Shown piece after piece: positions 39,197-48,702 of a stretch of 64,000 bases of DNA. How positions within the stretch are numbered: the stretch's first letter is position 1; each line of letters begins with the position of its first letter. The translations under genes and the position numbers were made by a program. Location of the stretch: contig JAZQKQ010000035.1 in NCBI GenBank assembly GCA_045542235.1, positions 1,669 to 65,668 on the forward strand, given 5' to 3'. The DNA comes from Christensenellaceae bacterium (lineage in GTDB: Bacteria > Bacillota > Clostridia > Christensenellales > Borkfalkiaceae). The notes under the pieces are model-generated. The model ran no database searches and was not told the origin of the DNA. It worked only from the letters and a program-made list of their open reading frames with translations.

Positions 39197-40298
39197 TTAA
39201 AAGCCTTCCTTTATCCCTTAACCATTTTGCAAATTCAGGAATGTTCATAAGCTTTAATTTTGCGTTTTCTTCAATATATAAATAGTCCTTTAAAATTAGC
39301 ACCGAAAAATCGGGTGGAAGCATTGAGGCATAGCGAATTGAATTGGCAATTTTATCCAATTTGTCCATATTCTTTTTTGCGTGAGCAACAATTGACGAAC
39401 AGAGAGCGTAAAGGGTGTCAACCCCCTTTGGAACTTTATATTCCGTGCCGTTAAAAATGCCGTCGATACTCGGTAAATCTAAAAAGACTTTACACCAAGT
39501 TTTAAACTCTATTGCAACGCCAACGCCCAAACAACCTTGAATTATAGGATAAGCCTTTTCAATATCGTCGCCACAGGCAAACAACACGTTTGAAACCATT
39601 TCCCAACTTCTTGGGGTTGCAAAAGCTAAATCGTCGCTGGAAGCGTCGAACATATTTAAATAGTCCCTTTTAAAAGCTAAAAAGCCAATAACCTTAGGGT
39701 TAATTCCCTTTTTAACCGCCCAAGCTCGCCAACCTTCAAAATTTTCTTTAACGGCAAAATGGCAAAGTCTGTTTGCCAATGCTTTTGGCATTTTATAGGC
39801 AACGGACTTATCGGTCACCCTATTCCCCGCCGCAATAACGATGCAGTTATCAGGCAAGCGGTGTTCACCAATAACCCTATCGAGAGTTATTTGGTAAGCC
39901 GCCGCCTGCACCGATTGAGGAGCAGCTGAAATTTCATCAAGAAACAAAATATTAACCACGCTAGGCGACGGATCCATATTAAATATTTGTGGTTTAAGCC
40001 AAACCGCCAAAGTTTTATCGGCGTTAGCCGTTGGAATACCCCTAAGGTCAATTGGGTTAAAAAGCAACAAGCGCACGTCGGTTACGGCAACCTTTTTGCC
40101 TGTTTTTTTGCTAATTTTTTCACCGAGCTGTCTAACCGCTTGGCTTTTACCAACGCCGGGAGCACCCCAAAGCATAACGGAAGGAATCGTTTTTAGGTCG
40201 ATTTTAAAATTTATTGCGTTAGAATATAAAACGGAAAGATTTTCCACAATTTTGCCAATTTCTAACGCCACAACGTTATCTGATTTAATCGCAGTCAT
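39183..40298 (-). CDS. MoxR-class AAA+ ATPase (AAA_5)
   Basis: Walker A GAPGVGKS, Walker B ILFLDEIS, sensor AAGN. It overlaps both neighbouring genes by 14 nt. Confidence 0.85.
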   Translation of the reverse strand: MTAIKSDNVVALEIGKIVENLSVLYSNAINFKIDLKTIPSVMLWGAPGVGKSQAVRQLGEKISKKTGKKVAVTDVRLLLFNPIDLRGIPTANADKTLAVWLKPQIFNMDPSPSVVNILFLDEISAAPQSVQAAAYQITLDRVIGEHRLPDNCIVIAAGNRVTDKSVAYKMPKALANRLCHFAVKENFEGWRAWAVKKGINPKVIGFLAFKRDYLNMFDASSDDLAFATPRSWEMVSNVLFACGDDIEKAYPIIQGCLGVGVAIEFKTWCKVFLDLPSIDGIFNGTEYKVPKGVDTLYALCSSIVAHAKKNMDKLDKIANSIRYASMLPPDFSVLILKDYLYIEENAKLKLMNIPEFAKWLRDKGRLLNGIV

Positions 40299-43200
40299 TG
40301 TCTACCCCCAATTTTTTATCAATTCTTTTTAATTTTCTTTTTAGTTTTTCAATATCGTCGCCATAGAATTTAAGTTTTGGAATTTCCTTTTCCAAATTAG
40401 CCTTTTCGTTTTCTAAAGCAACTAAATATTGATTAATTTTTTCATAATGCTCTTGAAGATTAGCAATATAATTATCAATTCTTATGAGGTGCCCTTTTTC
40501 AGCGTTTGAAAGTTCAACGTTATATCTACCTTCCCTTTGCAAAACCAAGTAAGGGTGGTTAATATCCATATTAGAAGGCATAATAAGGGAAAAACCTTGA
40601 TAAGAAGCGATGGTTTTTTCTTCAGTTTGCAAGTGGTTTGCCATAAGTTCGTTTTGAATTAATCCGGCAAAATCTCTCCGCCATTCCTTATCGGTAATAG
40701 GCTCGAAAGAAGCAATCTCTTGAACGTCGCTTAAACATTTTAAGCAAACTTCACGCTGTTTTTCGATAAGAGCAGGCAGTGCGTTAAGCCTTTCTTCCAT
40801 CGTCTGCTTTAAAATAACCTGTCTTGCTTGAAGGGAAACGCATTTTGAAAGCTGATTGCTAACTTCTACCCTTTCTTTAATGAGCGGATTACCAATTGCC
40901 AACGCCTTAATTTCAGCATAGTCTAGCACGATATCGTCAACGTTAGAAGCTTCTCTTTGAGAAACCGTTCCGCTTAATAAATCGCAAATAAACCGCTGTT
41001 TCGTTTCTAAAAGTTGCCACGAATAGGCATCGAAACTACCTTTGGTTATATACCTGTAAATAAACACCTGACTGTTTTGGTTGCCCTGTCTTATAATTCT
41101 ACCGTTTCGCTGAACCATATCGGCAGGTTTCCAAGGCACGTCGATGTGGTGAACCGCAACAAGCTTATCTTGAACGTTAACGCCTAAACCAAGCTTAAAA
41201 GTCGAGCCGATTAACACTCTAATTTCACCACGGCGCATTTTATTGAACAAATCGGTTCGCTGTCTTTCGGTGTGAGCGTTGTGAATATAGGCAACGTGCT
41301 CTCTTAAAACGCCCTTCAAAAGCAATAATCTGGTAAGTTCGTCGTAAATATTAAACCCAGCTTTCGGCGTTGAACTATCGCAAAAAACAATTTGCGTTAA
41401 ATTTTTAGCCGAAGTTTGCTGATAGATATTAAACACGTTTTCAGCGCAATCACGAACCTTTGAAAGATGGTCTTCACGGGCGTTTTCATCAACCAATCTA
41501 ATGTCTAACGCCGCCTTTCTACCATCGGTGGTAATTTTAAGCATATTATCTTCATTTCTACCAACCTTGCGATTTCTAACCTTGTCGGCACGAGTGGAAA
41601 TTTCCTTTAAATAGCTATCAAGTTGCAAAGATTTTTCAATAAGTTGGTCGTTATAGCCTTTAAAAATTGGCAAACCAACCGCCTTTGCTTGGTCGTGGAA
41701 ATCGGCAAAACCGGCAAGCATATTCGTTAGTTCTGGAATATTATGGAATTTTGAAAATCTCGTTGCCAAACGGTAGCTTGAAGTGTCAACGTCAATTTCA
41801 AACACCGTTTGCTTTTCGGCAAACATTCCAATCCAAGCGTCGAAACTCGATAAATCTAAAAGGCTAAGTTCACCGCTTTGAAGGTAGGTTTGCAAGGTGA
41901 AAACGTCGGTAATAGAGTTGGAAATTGGCGTGCCGGTTGCAAAGCAAATGCCACCGCCACCGTTGGTTTTTTGCACGAATCTAACCTTTTCAAGCATATC
42001 CTTACACTTGATTGAGCCTTGGGAATTAATGCCCAAAACGTGCCCGATTTTAGTGTCAAGCGGTAGGTTTTTAAAGTTGTGAGCTTCATCAACGAAAAGC
42101 CTAGTAATACCCAATTCGTTAAAATAAACGTTAACTTCTTTATCGTCAACCTTCTTTTTTCTTAAAAGCTCTTCTTCTTCAATTTCCACCCTTTTCTTTT
42201 CAAGGCGCTTTAACCTTGTTTTTAAAGAATCTTTTGCTCGCTTTGGATTTTTTAACGCAATTAAAATGGAATCGATTTCTTCAATAATTTGGTTTTTATA
42301 GTAATTTAAACCAAACTGAATTGATGAAAAACAGCTATAACAAATTACGATTGCATCGTAGTTGCCGTCACGCATTTTAATAAGAGTTTCCTTTTTCTTT
42401 GCAGGAGTGAAAACCTTTGGCTCAACGTAGAGAACGTTTGAGTTTGGATACATATCGGCGTAAATTTCCTTCCATTGTCCAATAATGTTGTTTGGAACTA
42501 CGAACATATTCTTTTTGGAAGCGCCAATTCGCTTTAATTCTTCACCTGCGGCAATCATAACGTAGGTTTTACCCGAACCAACGTCGTGAGCGAGCAAGGT
42601 GTTTGGAGTGAAAAGTATTCTGGCAATGGCATTTTTTTGGTAATCGTAAAGCTTTACCAACTTATTCATAGTTGGCAAGGTTAAAAAACCACCGTTAAAC
42701 CGACGAGTTCTTAAACTACCAAACTTGTTTGTAAAAATGGTTCTAAGCTCTTCCGCACGGGCTTTATCACGCCAAACCCACTTTTGGAAATCACGCAAAA
42801 TTAATGCTTGCTTTTCAACGCAAAGCATTGTTTCTTCCTTGTTTAAAACGGAAACCTTTTTATCCTTTTTATAGTCCATAACCTGGTCGTATATGGTTAA
42901 AGGTCGTTGGTTTAAAGTTCTCTCGATAATTTCAAGAGCGTTGAGCCTTGAAGTGCCGAAAGTGGAAGTAGACTTAACGTCGCCCACGCCCATATAACGG
43001 CGCTTAAAAGGGATTTCCCAAGTGCCGGTTATTTCATCAAACAAGGTTGCATAGTCAGGGTGATTAAAATATTTTGCACCCCCTAAAAGGTGGATTATAA
43101 ACTTGTCCACCACGTGAGAAGGAAGCCAAGGCGAGCCTAAGGTTACGTAAATATCCTTTTGATTAACTTCTTCCGGCATAACCTTATTAATCGCTTCAAT

Positions 43201-43740
43201 ATTTTCCTTAAAATAACCCCTATATTGAATGTTTGCGGTAATTGCAATTTCCCGCTTGCGCAAAAGGTTGCCCGAAAGATATTCATCGGCAGTTTCCCAA
43301 CCCTTATAAAACACACCGCCCCAGCTTTCAGGGTTTTGAAAAATTGCACCCTTTAAGCCGAAAATTACGTCCTTTAAACTTAGTGCGGTAATTTGAGAAA
43401 TATATTCAATATCCACCCTACCCAACTGGTTTAAGCTCATAATAAGCCCGTCGGCAAGGTTTTCGCAATAAACCCCTTTTACCTGTTCGCTGTTTTTAAA
43501 GGCGTTTTCCCAATCGAGTGAAACTTCCATGGTGGTAGATTTTTCCACTTCTTCATCGGTAGGCATAACGATTTGAGGCTTTGTAAAAATAGCTTCCTTT
43601 TCCACCTTTTTTACAATTTTTGCCTCAGGCTTTTTACCGGATTTTTGAGCGTTATACTCCTTTTCAAACTGCTCAAAGTCAATTTTTCCGTTAACGGACT
43701 CTAACAAATTATTAAGTTGTTCAAAATCAATTTTTAACAT
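40285..43740 (-). CDS. SNF2-family DEAH helicase, 1151 aa, with uncharacterised N- and C-terminal extensions
   Basis: Motif I AHDVGSGKT, motif II DEAHNFKN, motif III ATGTPISNS, motif VI QRNGRIIRQGN, and a coiled-coil C-terminus. Confidence 0.85.
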   Translation of the reverse strand: MLKIDFEQLNNLLESVNGKIDFEQFEKEYNAQKSGKKPEAKIVKKVEKEAIFTKPQIVMPTDEEVEKSTTMEVSLDWENAFKNSEQVKGVYCENLADGLIMSLNQLGRVDIEYISQITALSLKDVIFGLKGAIFQNPESWGGVFYKGWETADEYLSGNLLRKREIAITANIQYRGYFKENIEAINKVMPEEVNQKDIYVTLGSPWLPSHVVDKFIIHLLGGAKYFNHPDYATLFDEITGTWEIPFKRRYMGVGDVKSTSTFGTSRLNALEIIERTLNQRPLTIYDQVMDYKKDKKVSVLNKEETMLCVEKQALILRDFQKWVWRDKARAEELRTIFTNKFGSLRTRRFNGGFLTLPTMNKLVKLYDYQKNAIARILFTPNTLLAHDVGSGKTYVMIAAGEELKRIGASKKNMFVVPNNIIGQWKEIYADMYPNSNVLYVEPKVFTPAKKKETLIKMRDGNYDAIVICYSCFSSIQFGLNYYKNQIIEEIDSILIALKNPKRAKDSLKTRLKRLEKKRVEIEEEELLRKKKVDDKEVNVYFNELGITRLFVDEAHNFKNLPLDTKIGHVLGINSQGSIKCKDMLEKVRFVQKTNGGGGICFATGTPISNSITDVFTLQTYLQSGELSLLDLSSFDAWIGMFAEKQTVFEIDVDTSSYRLATRFSKFHNIPELTNMLAGFADFHDQAKAVGLPIFKGYNDQLIEKSLQLDSYLKEISTRADKVRNRKVGRNEDNMLKITTDGRKAALDIRLVDENAREDHLSKVRDCAENVFNIYQQTSAKNLTQIVFCDSSTPKAGFNIYDELTRLLLLKGVLREHVAYIHNAHTERQRTDLFNKMRRGEIRVLIGSTFKLGLGVNVQDKLVAVHHIDVPWKPADMVQRNGRIIRQGNQNSQVFIYRYITKGSFDAYSWQLLETKQRFICDLLSGTVSQREASNVDDIVLDYAEIKALAIGNPLIKERVEVSNQLSKCVSLQARQVILKQTMEERLNALPALIEKQREVCLKCLSDVQEIASFEPITDKEWRRDFAGLIQNELMANHLQTEEKTIASYQGFSLIMPSNMDINHPYLVLQREGRYNVELSNAEKGHLIRIDNYIANLQEHYEKINQYLVALENEKANLEKEIPKLKFYGDDIEKLKRKLKRIDKKLGVDNDCD

Positions 43741-43820
43741 TTGTAAGCTCCTTTAATTTTCCTTTGCAATACAATTATAGCCCTAAAACCAGACGAAATA
43801 AAGATATTTTTAATCTATAA

Positions 43821-43870
43821 TTTACGCATTTTACCTAACCGCTAACGGATTTTACGCAAATTTTACGCAA
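43821..43870 (+). repeat. three direct TTTACGCA repeats in the divergent control region
   Basis: TTTACGCA at 43821, 43851 and 43862, with a partial TTTACG at 43921. Confidence 0.6.
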
Positions 43871-44027
43871 TTTTTTGTTATTTTAAAAATTTTTTTCCTA
43901 ACGCTTTTTTTCGACAAACTTTTACGTTTTTTTCTATGTATATTATTGTTAAAAATGAAAGGGGTGTTTTCCTTTTTTTTACAAAAATTTTTTAAAAAAT
44001 TTTTTTATTATATTTTTTAGCCCTTTA

Positions 44028-44056
44028 TTGATTTTATTTTAATTGTGTGATAAAAT
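44028..44056 (+). promoter_or_regulatory. promoter giving an apparently leaderless dGTPase-like mRNA
   Basis: TTGATT, 17-nt spacer, TGTGATAAAAT. The -10 ends 6 nt before ATG 44063, and there is no SD. Confidence 0.6.
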
Positions 44057-44062
44057 TATTTT

Positions 44063-45259
44063 ATGAGTTACATAGAGTTAGATAAAAATATTGAAAACTT
44101 AATAAAAACCGAAAGGAAAAACGGAACTTACAAAAGGGTTGAATGTTGCGATAACAGCGCTATTCGCAGGTTTTCTAACCCACACGACCAACCTTCGATA
44201 ATTAGAAGCAACTTTATTAAAGACGTTGACAAAATTTTAAACCTGCCCTTTTACAATCGCTACGGCGATAAAACCCAAGTTTTTTCCTTTTATAGAAACG
44301 ACGATATTTCCAGGCGGTTTAGCCACGTTCAATTGGTTTCAAGAATTGCCCGAACAATCGGCAAAGCTTTAAACCTTAACCTTGAACTTATTGAAGCCAT
44401 TTCTTTAGGTCACGACCTTGGCCACCCACCCTTTGGACACAGTGGAGAAGTTATTTTAGATAAACTTTTTTATTCTCAAACCAAACGGCATTTTTCCCAC
44501 GCAATTCAATCGGTGCGAATTTTAACCGATATATTCCCACAAAATTTAACTCTACAAACCCTTTCGGGAATAGCTTCACACAACGGAGAAATAGAACAAA
44601 AAAATTACCAACCTAAACCCCTTGAAAGCTTTGACCAATTTGACAAGCTCATTGAAGAATGTTACGTAAACGACCAAACGGCTAAAAAGTTGGTGCCATC
44701 GACTTTGGAAGGTTGTCTTGTGAAAATTTGCGACATAATTGCCTATATCGGCAAGGACCGGCAGGATGCTCAAAAAATTAACCTTGTCGCCCAGGAAAAC
44801 TTTACCGACCAAATAATCGGGCTTTTCAACGCCGAAATTATTAACAATTTAATGGTCAACCTAATTGAAAATAGCTACGGCAAGCCTTACGTTTGTTTAA
44901 GCGATGAATTTTTCACGGCTCTTAAAAGCGCAAAGGAACAAAATTATAAATTAATTTACGCCCACCCGCAAAACGTTGAAATTTTTAATAGCGTTGTTAA
45001 TCCAATGTTTGAAATGGTTTATTTCAAGCTTTTAAGTCACCTTAAAAATAAAAATCAATCATCGCCAATTTTCACCCACCACGTTAATCTTATTAACAAC
45101 AGTTTTTACTCTCGAAGTCAGCCTTACGGCGAAGGCGAGCCTAACCAAATCGTAGTTGATTTTATTGCTTCTATGACCGACGATTACTTTTTAGACATTT
45201 TTCATCACCTTTTCCCTGACAGCAATTTAAAGGTTGAATTTAAGGGTTATTTTGATTAA
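44063..45259 (+). CDS. dGTP triphosphohydrolase-like HD-domain protein
   Basis: LGHDLGHPPFGHSGE and the HD signature. Length is 398 aa. Confidence 0.8.
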   Translation: MSYIELDKNIENLIKTERKNGTYKRVECCDNSAIRRFSNPHDQPSIIRSNFIKDVDKILNLPFYNRYGDKTQVFSFYRNDDISRRFSHVQLVSRIARTIGKALNLNLELIEAISLGHDLGHPPFGHSGEVILDKLFYSQTKRHFSHAIQSVRILTDIFPQNLTLQTLSGIASHNGEIEQKNYQPKPLESFDQFDKLIEECYVNDQTAKKLVPSTLEGCLVKICDIIAYIGKDRQDAQKINLVAQENFTDQIIGLFNAEIINNLMVNLIENSYGKPYVCLSDEFFTALKSAKEQNYKLIYAHPQNVEIFNSVVNPMFEMVYFKLLSHLKNKNQSSPIFTHHVNLINNSFYSRSQPYGEGEPNQIVVDFIASMTDDYFLDIFHHLFPDSNLKVEFKGYFD

Positions 45260-45264
45260 ATAAT

Positions 45265-45283
45265 GGCAAATAAGTCGATTAAC
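45265..45283 (+). repeat. intergenic motif copy 6 (plus orientation)
   Basis: ggcaaATAAGTCGATTAAc, 6 nt after the stop codon. Confidence 0.85.
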
Positions 45284-45295
45284 GCAAGTTTTTAT

Positions 45296-45331
45296 AAAAA
45301 AATCCTGAAAGCAAAACTTTCAGGATTTTTA
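45296..45331 (+). terminator. rho-independent terminator
   Basis: AATCCTGAAAG/CTTTCAGGATT stem followed by a T-run. Confidence 0.8.
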
Positions 45332-45370
45332 AATTTAAAATTAATTTGTATAAAAATTTAAGCGTTTAAA

Positions 45371-45661
45371 TTATAAAAGGAATGGTAAAATTACAACGAC
45401 AATAAGAACCACAAGAGAAATCCAGAACAAGCAGAACACAAGCTTGTTTTCCTTGTTTTGAGCGTAGTATAGATAACCACAATAAGCCATAACGCAAACG
45501 GCGCAAATTCTTAAAACGTTTTCAATAACGCCAACGATTTGAATACTGATTCCAAAGTGAGCTAACACGATGTTTAAAACCGTGCCAACGCCCCAAACAA
45601 CGAACAATAAAAAGCAAATTAAATTCATAAAGCTTGATTTTTGATTTGAATTTTTACCCAT
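45371..45661 (-). CDS. small membrane protein, unknown function
   Basis: About 96 aa from MGKNSNQ, with three predicted transmembrane helices. Confidence 0.4.
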   Translation of the reverse strand: MGKNSNQKSSFMNLICFLLFVVWGVGTVLNIVLAHFGISIQIVGVIENVLRICAVCVMAYCGYLYYAQNKENKLVFCLFWISLVVLIVVVILPFLL

Positions 45662-45872
45662 TTTAAAATTCTCCCTTTCGTAAAAAAAATGTAATCGAAT
45701 TAAACCGACCAAAAATATGATAACACACATTTAACTCTTTCGCAATAGCTTTTTTCATTTTTTTAAACAAAAATTAATATAATGGTTTAGAAAATTTGCA
45801 AAATTCTATATACAAAACCAAATTTTAGTGATATAATAGTTAAAACTATTAAATTACTAAAGGGTGATTTTT

Positions 45873-46907
45873 ATGAAAGACGTTAAAAACGAAAGATTTA
45901 TAACAATGGGCGAATTACTTTTAAGACTTTCCCCACCAAATTACGAAAAAATTAGAACGACCGACGAGTTTGGCGTAACCTACGGCGGCGCAGAAGCTAA
46001 CGTTGCGGCGTCACTTTCCAATCTTGGTGTAGACAGCTCTTACTTTACAATCGTTCCCGACTCTTCAATTGGTAAGGCGGCAATTAGATATCTTCGTTCC
46101 TTCGACGTTCATTGTTCACCTTGTCACTACGTTGATAAGGGAAGAATGGGCATATACTTTTTAGAAGTCGGTTTTGGCGTTCGCTCGTCAATCATAACCT
46201 ACGACCGAGAAAATTCAGCCTTTTCTAACTTTGATTTTACAACCATCGATTTTAAGAAAAAGCTCAAAGGCTACACTTGGCTTCACCTTAGCGGTATAAC
46301 CCCTGCCCTTTCTCAAAATTGTAGAGTATTAGTTATGCTTGCCCTTAAAGCGGCAAAAGAGCTTGGAATTACCGTTAGTTTCGACTGCAACTTCCGTTCA
46401 GCTCTTTGGGAATGGCAAGAAGCCCGTGACTGTATTACCGAATATTTGCCATACGTTGACGTTCTTTTCGGCATTGAGCCAATTAATCTTAGAGATGAAA
46501 ACGGCGTTGACATGAAAGATGGACTTTCAATGAACCCAACCTACAAAGAACAAGACAGAATTTTCCGTGAGCTTTATAAACGCTATAAATTTAAGGCTAT
46601 CGGTCGCCACATTCGCTACGTTCATTCGGGTAGTGAAAATTCCCTTAAAGCGTTTATGTGGTATAACGGGGAAACCTATGAAAGCAAGTCCTTTAAGTTC
46701 AGCATTTTAGACCGTGTTGGCGGTGGCGATGCTTTTGCCAGCGGTATGATTTACGCTATTATGCGTGATATGAAGCCAGACGATATCGTTAACTTTGCCG
46801 TTGCTTCTTCGGTTATTAAACACACCATGCACGGCGACTTTAACCTAACCGACGACGAAGAATCAATTAAACTATTAATGAATCAACAATTTGAAATTAG
46901 AAGATAA
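45873..46907 (+). CDS. kdgK: 2-dehydro-3-deoxygluconokinase-like PfkB sugar kinase
   Basis: TMGELLLRLSPP N-terminus and GGGDAFASG motif. Confidence 0.7.
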   Translation: MKDVKNERFITMGELLLRLSPPNYEKIRTTDEFGVTYGGAEANVAASLSNLGVDSSYFTIVPDSSIGKAAIRYLRSFDVHCSPCHYVDKGRMGIYFLEVGFGVRSSIITYDRENSAFSNFDFTTIDFKKKLKGYTWLHLSGITPALSQNCRVLVMLALKAAKELGITVSFDCNFRSALWEWQEARDCITEYLPYVDVLFGIEPINLRDENGVDMKDGLSMNPTYKEQDRIFRELYKRYKFKAIGRHIRYVHSGSENSLKAFMWYNGETYESKSFKFSILDRVGGGDAFASGMIYAIMRDMKPDDIVNFAVASSVIKHTMHGDFNLTDDEESIKLLMNQQFEIRR

Positions 46908-46917
46908 GGAGAAAACT

Positions 46918-47337
46918 ATGAAGGATTTAAACTGCGGATATTGCGTTCACGGCGAGCCTCTTGCAAAATTCGGCATTTTTATTTGCGACCTTGAAGTTAG
47001 CCAACTAATCCTATTTAAAGAACAATCGAAAAAAGGCAGATGTATCGTTGCCTATAAAGACCACGTTAGCGAAATCGTAAACATTTCCGACGATGAAAGA
47101 AATAAATTTTTTGCCGACGTTAATCGTGTTGCAAAAGCCATTCACAAGGTTTTCAAACCGGACAAACTTAACTACGGCGCTTACGGCGACACGGGCTGTC
47201 ATTTGCACGTTCACCTTTGCCCAAAATATAAAGACGGTGACGAATGGGGTGGAACGTTTACTATGAACCCTAACAAAACCTATTTAACCGAAGCTGAATA
47301 TGAAAAAATGATTGACGACATTAAAAACGCCCTTTAA
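46918..47337 (+). CDS. HIT-family hydrolase
   Basis: Histidine triad as CHLHVHLCP. Start at ATG 46918 follows AAGGAG. Confidence 0.7.
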   Translation: MKDLNCGYCVHGEPLAKFGIFICDLEVSQLILFKEQSKKGRCIVAYKDHVSEIVNISDDERNKFFADVNRVAKAIHKVFKPDKLNYGAYGDTGCHLHVHLCPKYKDGDEWGGTFTMNPNKTYLTEAEYEKMIDDIKNAL

Positions 47338-47397
47338 TGGGAATACTATTAAAATCAGCTTATAATCAGTAAAAAATAACCTTATAAGGAATTAACT

Positions 47398-48618
47398 ATG
47401 GCACATAACGTTATTGAAGAAGCAAAGCGTTGCTTAAATTGCAAAAACCCACAATGCGTTAAGGGTTGCCCAATTTCCACGCCTATTCCTGAATTTATTT
47501 CAACCTTTTTAAACGGCGATATCAATAAAGCAGGACAACTTTTGTTTGATAACAACCCGCTTTCCGTGGTTTGTTCGTTGGTTTGCAACCATTCAAGCCA
47601 ATGCCAAGGTCACTGCATTAAAGGCATTAAAGGTCAACCCGTTGAAATTAGCACCATTGAAAACTATATTTCCGAACGCTATCTCGATAGCTTGCAATTA
47701 GATCAAGCCCCACCTAACGGCATTAAAGTTGCGGTTGTGGGTGGCGGTCCTGCCGGCATCACCATTTCAATTAAAATGGCTCAGCTTGGTTACGACGTAA
47801 CCTTGTTTGAAAGCAAGCCTAAAATCGGCGGTGTTTTAAGGTTCGGTATTCCCGAATTCCGCCTTCCAAAGTCTATTATCGATAGGTTTGAAAAATTAAT
47901 GATTAAAATGGGCATTAAAATCAAACCTAACATTACCATTGGCAAATCTTTCGGAGTAGAAGAACTTTTCCGTGACGGCTTTAAAGCCATTTCTATTGGA
48001 ACGGGCGTAACCTATCCAAACAACCTTAACATAAAGGGCGAAACTCTCGCCCACGTTCACTACGGCGTTCACTACCTTAAAAGCCCTGAAAGCTACCGCT
48101 TAGGCAACAATCTCGTTATCATTGGCGGTGGAAACGTAGCAATGGACGTTGCAAGAACTGCTATGCGCCAAGGGGTTAAAAACGTTACCATAACCGTCCG
48201 CTCGGAAACCTATTCGGCAACTAAGGAAGAAGCCGACTACGCTCAAATTGAAGGCGCTGATTTTATATATAATATAACGCCTATTGAAATTACCGATAAC
48301 AGCGTAATTTTCGCAAAAACAATTACCAATGCCGACGGCAGTTTACAAACTACCAACGAAACCTACGAAATGAATTGCGACAGCGTTATAATTTGCGTTT
48401 CTCAAAAACCTTCTAACCTAATTCTTCGCCAAACCCAAGGCTTAGAAGTAAACGAAAGAGGGCTTGCAAAAATCAGCGAAGACGGCGTCACTTCCCGCCC
48501 TGGCATCTTTGCCTCGGGTGACGTTGTTCGTGGCGCTAAAACCGTTGTTGAAGCCGTTGAAACTTCTAAAAAGGTTGCCGCTGCAATGGATAAATATTTA
48601 AAAAGTTTAAAAAACTAA
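47398..48618 (+). CDS. GltD/NfnB-like NAD(P)H-dependent FAD oxidoreductase (glutamate synthase small-chain family)
   Basis: N-terminal Fe-S Cys clusters (CLNCKNPQCVKGCP). Two Rossmann motifs, VAVVGGGPAG and VIIGGGNVAMD. Confidence 0.8.
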   Translation: MAHNVIEEAKRCLNCKNPQCVKGCPISTPIPEFISTFLNGDINKAGQLLFDNNPLSVVCSLVCNHSSQCQGHCIKGIKGQPVEISTIENYISERYLDSLQLDQAPPNGIKVAVVGGGPAGITISIKMAQLGYDVTLFESKPKIGGVLRFGIPEFRLPKSIIDRFEKLMIKMGIKIKPNITIGKSFGVEELFRDGFKAISIGTGVTYPNNLNIKGETLAHVHYGVHYLKSPESYRLGNNLVIIGGGNVAMDVARTAMRQGVKNVTITVRSETYSATKEEADYAQIEGADFIYNITPIEITDNSVIFAKTITNADGSLQTTNETYEMNCDSVIICVSQKPSNLILRQTQGLEVNERGLAKISEDGVTSRPGIFASGDVVRGAKTVVEAVETSKKVAAAMDKYLKSLKN

Positions 48619-48635
48619 AACCTACGTTTAAATTA

Positions 48636-48677
48636 AAAAGCAAGACTATAAGAAAACAACTTATAATCTTGCTTTTA
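48636..48677 (+). terminator. rho-independent terminator
   Basis: AAGCAAGACTATAAG..TTATAATCTTGCTT stem followed by T-rich sequence. Confidence 0.75.
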
Positions 48678-48702
48678 TTTTTGTTTTTATTAATTAAATA
48701 AC

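Noticed and set aside
36940-45259. Prophage or ICE carrying the SNF2/MoxR/VWA genes.
   Set aside because: No integrase, relaxase, T4SS, capsid, tail or terminase gene, and no att-like direct repeat of a tRNA, is present within or next to the block. This cannot be fully excluded without comparative data.
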